From NCBI RefSeq assembly GCF_006345805.1, contig NW_021827826.1, positions 1-9,808 of the forward strand: a stretch of 9,808 bases of DNA, written 5' to 3'. This document shows, piece after piece, positions 6,763 to 9,808 of the stretch. A model generated the notes under the pieces. That model saw nothing but the letters and a program-made list of their open reading frames with translations, had not been told where the DNA came from and made no database searches. This stretch comes from Octopus sinensis. Taxonomy: Eukaryota. The number at the start of each line of letters is the position of its first letter. Positions within the stretch are counted from its first letter, which is position 1. A program made the translations under genes and the position numbers.

Positions 6763-7073
6763 GGAGGCGCAATGGCCCAGTGGTTAGGGCAGCGGACTCG
6801 TGGTCGCAGGATCGCGGTTTCGATTCCCAGACCGGGCGTTGTGAGTGTTTATTGAGCGAAAACACCTAAAAAGCTGCACGTGGCTCCGGCAGGGGATGGT
6901 GGTGATCCCTGCTGTACTCTTTCACCACAACTTTCTCCTACTCTTTCTTCTGTTGGCCTGCTCACTTAGCCAGCGGGGTGGCGTCATTCGAAGGCTAAAA
7001 CAATGCGAACGCATTGTGACCAGCGATGTGTAACAACATCTGATGGGCTGGTCGGTCACGTGATCACCTGATA
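6763..7073 (+). mobile_element. tRNA-derived SINE (family C, Arg-like head), full length, type-1 tail
   Basis: A box TGGCCCAGTGG (6773-6783) and B box GGTTTCGATTCC (6816-6827). Head and body are about 90% identical by eye to 9380-9208 (minus), and the tail matches 5265-5390. Confidence 0.88.
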
Positions 7074-7079
7074 TACATA

Positions 7080-7565
7080 CGAGGTCTGATCAATAAGTAT
7101 CCGGACTGGTGCTATATAAACAAAACTACAACGCGTACGAATTTGGCATTTAGTCTCTTTCAATGCAGTCCCCTTCGGAAGCCACACGCTTAATCCAGCG
7201 CTGTTTCCATTGATGGAAGTATTCCTGGAACTCGTTTTCTCGGATAATCAGCATCTGCTTCGTCGTATTCACTTTGATTTCCCCGACGTCCTCAAATGTT
7301 TTTCCTTTCAAGCGGGATTTGAATTTTGGAAAGACGAAACAACTGCAACAAGAGGCGAGATCTAGGGAATACGGTGGCTGTCAGACCTGAGGAATTCTGT
7401 GCCTAGCCAAAAGCTGATGTACAATCTGCGCTGAATGAGCAGGGGGCGTTGTCAGCTGAAAGTCTGGTACCCCAAATCTTCTTTGATAATTGACTGAACT
7501 GAACCGTAGCTAATCTGCACATCCTCTGCAGATTCGAGGTCAATGCGGTGATCACACGCTACACA
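7080..7565 (-). mobile_element. mariner-type transposon remnant: one TIR plus a deleted transposase pseudogene
   Basis: TA (7078-7079) then TIR CGAGGTCTGATCAATAAGTATCCGGAC. Minus translation: DHRIDLESAEDVQISYGSVQSIIKEDLGY (second HTH) fused to DNAP/AHSAQIVHQLLARHRIPQV*QPPYSLDLASC..FVFPKFKSRLKGKTFED..FHQWKQRWIKRVASEGDCIERD* (stop 7152-7150). These match the mariner HDNA and YSPDLAP motifs. Confidence 0.9.
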
Positions 7566-7896
7566 TCTTCTGGAAACAGGTTGTTTTCTTCCAGATGTTT
7601 GCCCGATATTATTGCAGTAAAGACTTTATAAATTGTAAGGAGACAAGTTATCGGTTTGTAATTTTGTGGGTTAGCCGTTTCAGTGGATTTGGGAATGAGG
7701 ATAGTTTTCCTTTCCGTGAGCCATTCAGACATTGTCTCTGGCTCTGCGAGTATTTCATTAAATTTCTCATCCAGCGTTTTATGTATTCCTGTTAGACATT
7801 TTCAACCAGCAGTTGGGGATCTTGTGCTCGGGTGCCTTCCTGCTGTTTAGCTTTTGCATTGCTTGGGTGAACTCTTCAGTTATTATAGGAGTCCTG
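7566..7896 (-). pseudogene. Non-LTR reverse transcriptase N-terminal fragment, R4/Dong-like
   Basis: Manual translation: ITEEFTQAMQKLNSRKAPEHKIPNCWLK / CLTGIHKTLDEKFNEILAEPETMSEWLTERKTILIPKSTETANPQNYKPITCLLTIYKVFTAIISGKHLEENNLFPE. This matches the KAPG..D.I, LIPK and NYRPITCL..IYK motifs. Confidence 0.88.
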
Positions 7897-7941
<45 letters not shown>

Positions 7942-7950
7942 TTATTATTA
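7897..7950. repeat. (TTA)n array
   Basis: Direct reading. Confidence 0.95.
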
Positions 7951-8068
7951 TATTTTCTTCTTTCAAATTTGCTTCCATTTCTTGCCGAGGTTTCCCGACT
8001 CCTAGGGCAAAGAAACTCATAGTATACATTGGTAGGCCATTAAACTAAACTCAATAGTTCGTTCATTT
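7951..8068 (-). mobile_element. Putative 3' UTR-only fragment of a second R4/Dong-like subfamily
   Basis: Non-coding block ending GAAAGAAGAAAATA(TAA)n on the minus strand, lying between (TAA)n arrays and two R4/Dong-like coding fragments. Assignment is inferred from context. Confidence 0.45.
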
Positions 8069-8078
8069 AAAAAAAAAA

Positions 8079-8116
8079 TTTTATTATTATTATTATATTA
8101 TTATTATTATTATTAT
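8079..8116. repeat. (TTA)n array, the (TAA)n tail of the 8117-8450 element
   Basis: Direct reading. Confidence 0.9.
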
Positions 8117-8450
8117 CTTTTTATCACAGGATTTTTGGAGCTCCTGGAGTCTTACATGCGTAACGGGCTTGCTATCTGCAACCTACGGTAGAATGCTAGC
8201 CATTATTTTCAGCTATCTAATACTTTCCTGATTATTCTGGCCGTGGCAAGGAGGCAAACCCTTTGTAATAATTCTACTGGGCACTCTATTCCAATTTCCT
8301 TTAAATTCCTCTTGGTCCCTTCTGACACTGTTCCCAAGGACCCAACAATAATTGACACTATTTTCACCTTCTTAATTTTCGTACTTAAGAGGGTTGTATT
8401 TATCTATTTTTTTCGCCTTCTTTCTTGACTATTCGTGGATCAAAGGAGAA
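8117..8450 (-). mobile_element. 5'-truncated R4/Dong-like non-LTR retrotransposon: end of the restriction-like endonuclease domain plus 3' UTR
   Basis: Manual translation with two frameshifts: FDPRIVKKEGEK / IDKYNPLKYE / IKKVKIVSIIVGSLGTVSEGTKRNLKEIGIECPVELLQRVCLLATARIIRKVLDS* (TGA 8211-8209). It matches the K..KY..L, IVG.LG and LQ...LL.TA.IIR.VL C-terminus of RLE elements. About 90 nt of 3' UTR follow, then (TAA)n. Confidence 0.85.
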
Positions 8451-8495
<45 letters not shown>

Positions 8496-8540
8496 GTTTT
8501 TATTGTTGTTGTTGTAGTAGTGGTGTTTTTGTTGCTGTTG
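8451..8540. repeat. (TTA)n array grading into (TTG)/(TAG)
   Basis: Direct reading. Confidence 0.9.
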
Positions 8541-8996
8541 CTGTACTGGCAGCCACATGCCAATATATGTTTTAATGTGACGCCTGCAGCTGAGCTGAAC
8601 GCAAAACGGACATTAAAGTTTCCTTATTTGAAGAGCTTAAGCTAATAGCTTCCTCCACCGCCCCATTCTGCCGACTGTGCGTGCATGCATAGACGTATAC
8701 ACTCACTCCTCCGTTCGACCAGAATCTCCACCTATTAGATTGTCACATAGGGTTCAATTATGTCTAAATTTAGTTTCTTACATCTAACGACAGTAACAAT
8801 AGCAACAGTGGCAATGACAATAATAATAATAATAACGACAACAACTACAAGAAGCAACAAAGCGATCGAAAATATCGATTTTAAGTACAAAAATAAGATA
8901 AAAAGCATGAGATATAACTGGATTCTTAGGTGCATAAAAACAGTAGCGGCAGCAGAAAAACAACTGAAACAGCAACAATATTTGCACCAACAACTA

Positions 8997-9380
8997 TGTG
9001 GAAGCACTCCGTCGGTTACGACGATGAGGGTTCCGGTTGATCCGAATCAACGGAACAGCCTGCTCGTGAAATTACCGCGTAAGTGGCTGAGCACTCCACA
9101 GACACGTGTACCCTTAACGTAGTTCTCGGGGATATTCAGCGTGACACAGAGAGTGACAAGGCCGGCCCATTTGAAATACAGGTACAACAGAAACAGGAAG
9201 TAAGGGTGAGAGAAAGTTGTGGTGAAAGAGTACAGCAGGGATCACCACATCCCTGCCGGAGCCTCGTGGAGCTTTAGGTGTTTTCGCTCAATAAACCACT
9301 CACAACGCGCCGTTGGGAATCGAAACCGCGATCCTACGACCGCGAGTCCGCTGCCCTAACCACTGGGCCATTGCGCCTCC
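8997..9380 (-). mobile_element. tRNA-derived SINE (family C), full length, type-2 tail
   Basis: Minus strand starts GGAGGCGCAATGGCCCAGTGGTTAGGGCAGCGGACTCGCGG, the same head as 6763. It diverges after CAACTTTCTC into a roughly 210-nt tail ending GTAACCGACGGAGTGCTTCCACA. Confidence 0.88.
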
Positions 9381-9437
9381 ACACCAACAACTATAACAGC
9401 AACAACAACAACAACGAAAACAATAAGCAATGATAAT

Positions 9438-9668
9438 GGTTTCAAATTTTGCCACAAGGGCAGCCATTTGTGGGGAGGGGACTAGTCGATAGCATCGACC
9501 CCCCCCTCCTAGTGTTCAACTGGTTTTTAATTCATCGACCCCCCGAAAGGATGAAAGGCAAAGTCATCCTCGGCGTAAATTTGAACTCGGAACGTAGCGG
9601 TAGACGAAATGAATGCCGCTAAGCATTTTCGCCCAGAGTGCTAACAATTCTGTCGATGTCGCCGCCTT
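9438..9668 (-). mobile_element. tRNA-derived SINE (family A), older copy with a different 3' tail
   Basis: Head AAGGCGGCGAC, B box GAGTTCAAATT and body CTTTGCCTTTCATCCTTTCGGGGGTCGATG are shared with 137-368. The tail ...CCCCTCCCCACAAATGGCTGCCCTTGTGGCAAAATTTGAAACC is unrelated to the tail at 137-200. Confidence 0.82.
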
Positions 9669-9808
9669 CGCAACAACAACAAATAATAATAATAATAATA
9701 ATGATGATGATGATGAAATAAATAGAAGAGTGCCATAGTTATCATGTGAAATTGGTTGAACGATATTTCGCCATCTTGTGTGCCCTCGACAGGTTCAAAA
9801 ATGACATG

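Noticed and set aside
6763-6830. tRNA gene (A and B boxes, Arg-like loop); likewise 9313-9380, 283-368 and 5081-5140
   Set aside because: No proper acceptor stem or Pol III terminator, an extra T in the B box, and each continues into a repeated body. These are SINE heads.
8735-9277. ORFs 8735..9007, 8760..9122 (Thr/Gln-rich), 8784..8993 and 9083..9277
   Set aside because: They consist of degenerate (AAC/AAT/AGC) repeats running into an antisense SINE, with no recognisable domain or splice signals.

Overview
AT-rich, microsatellite-dense eukaryotic DNA with no intact host gene. It is almost entirely decayed mobile elements. The SINE families resemble those I recall from Octopus genomes; this is recognition from memory, not a database result. 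Contents: (i) a pseudogenised pogo-superfamily DD35D transposon (minus strand, about 2095-4005) whose transposase has a C-terminal PHD-type zinc finger hidden behind a frameshift; (ii) a 597-bp internally deleted Tc1/mariner element with both 27-bp TIRs (5442-6038); (iii) a one-ended, internally deleted mariner (7080-7565); (iv) three stacked fragments of R4/Dong-like non-LTR retrotransposons separated by (TAA)n arrays (7566-8450); (v) about eight tRNA-derived SINE copies or fragments from about three families, with swapped 3' tails; (vi) a short repeat carrying a minimal hammerhead-ribozyme-like motif typical of Penelope-like elements (6625-6659, minus); (vii) many simple and higher-order microsatellites. 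Most ORFs in the supplied track are microsatellite translations or antisense/off-frame readings. The informative protein remnants at 2433-2650, 5600-5924, 7150-7560 and 7566-8450 are absent from the track and were translated by hand. Element boundaries are approximate to a few bases.
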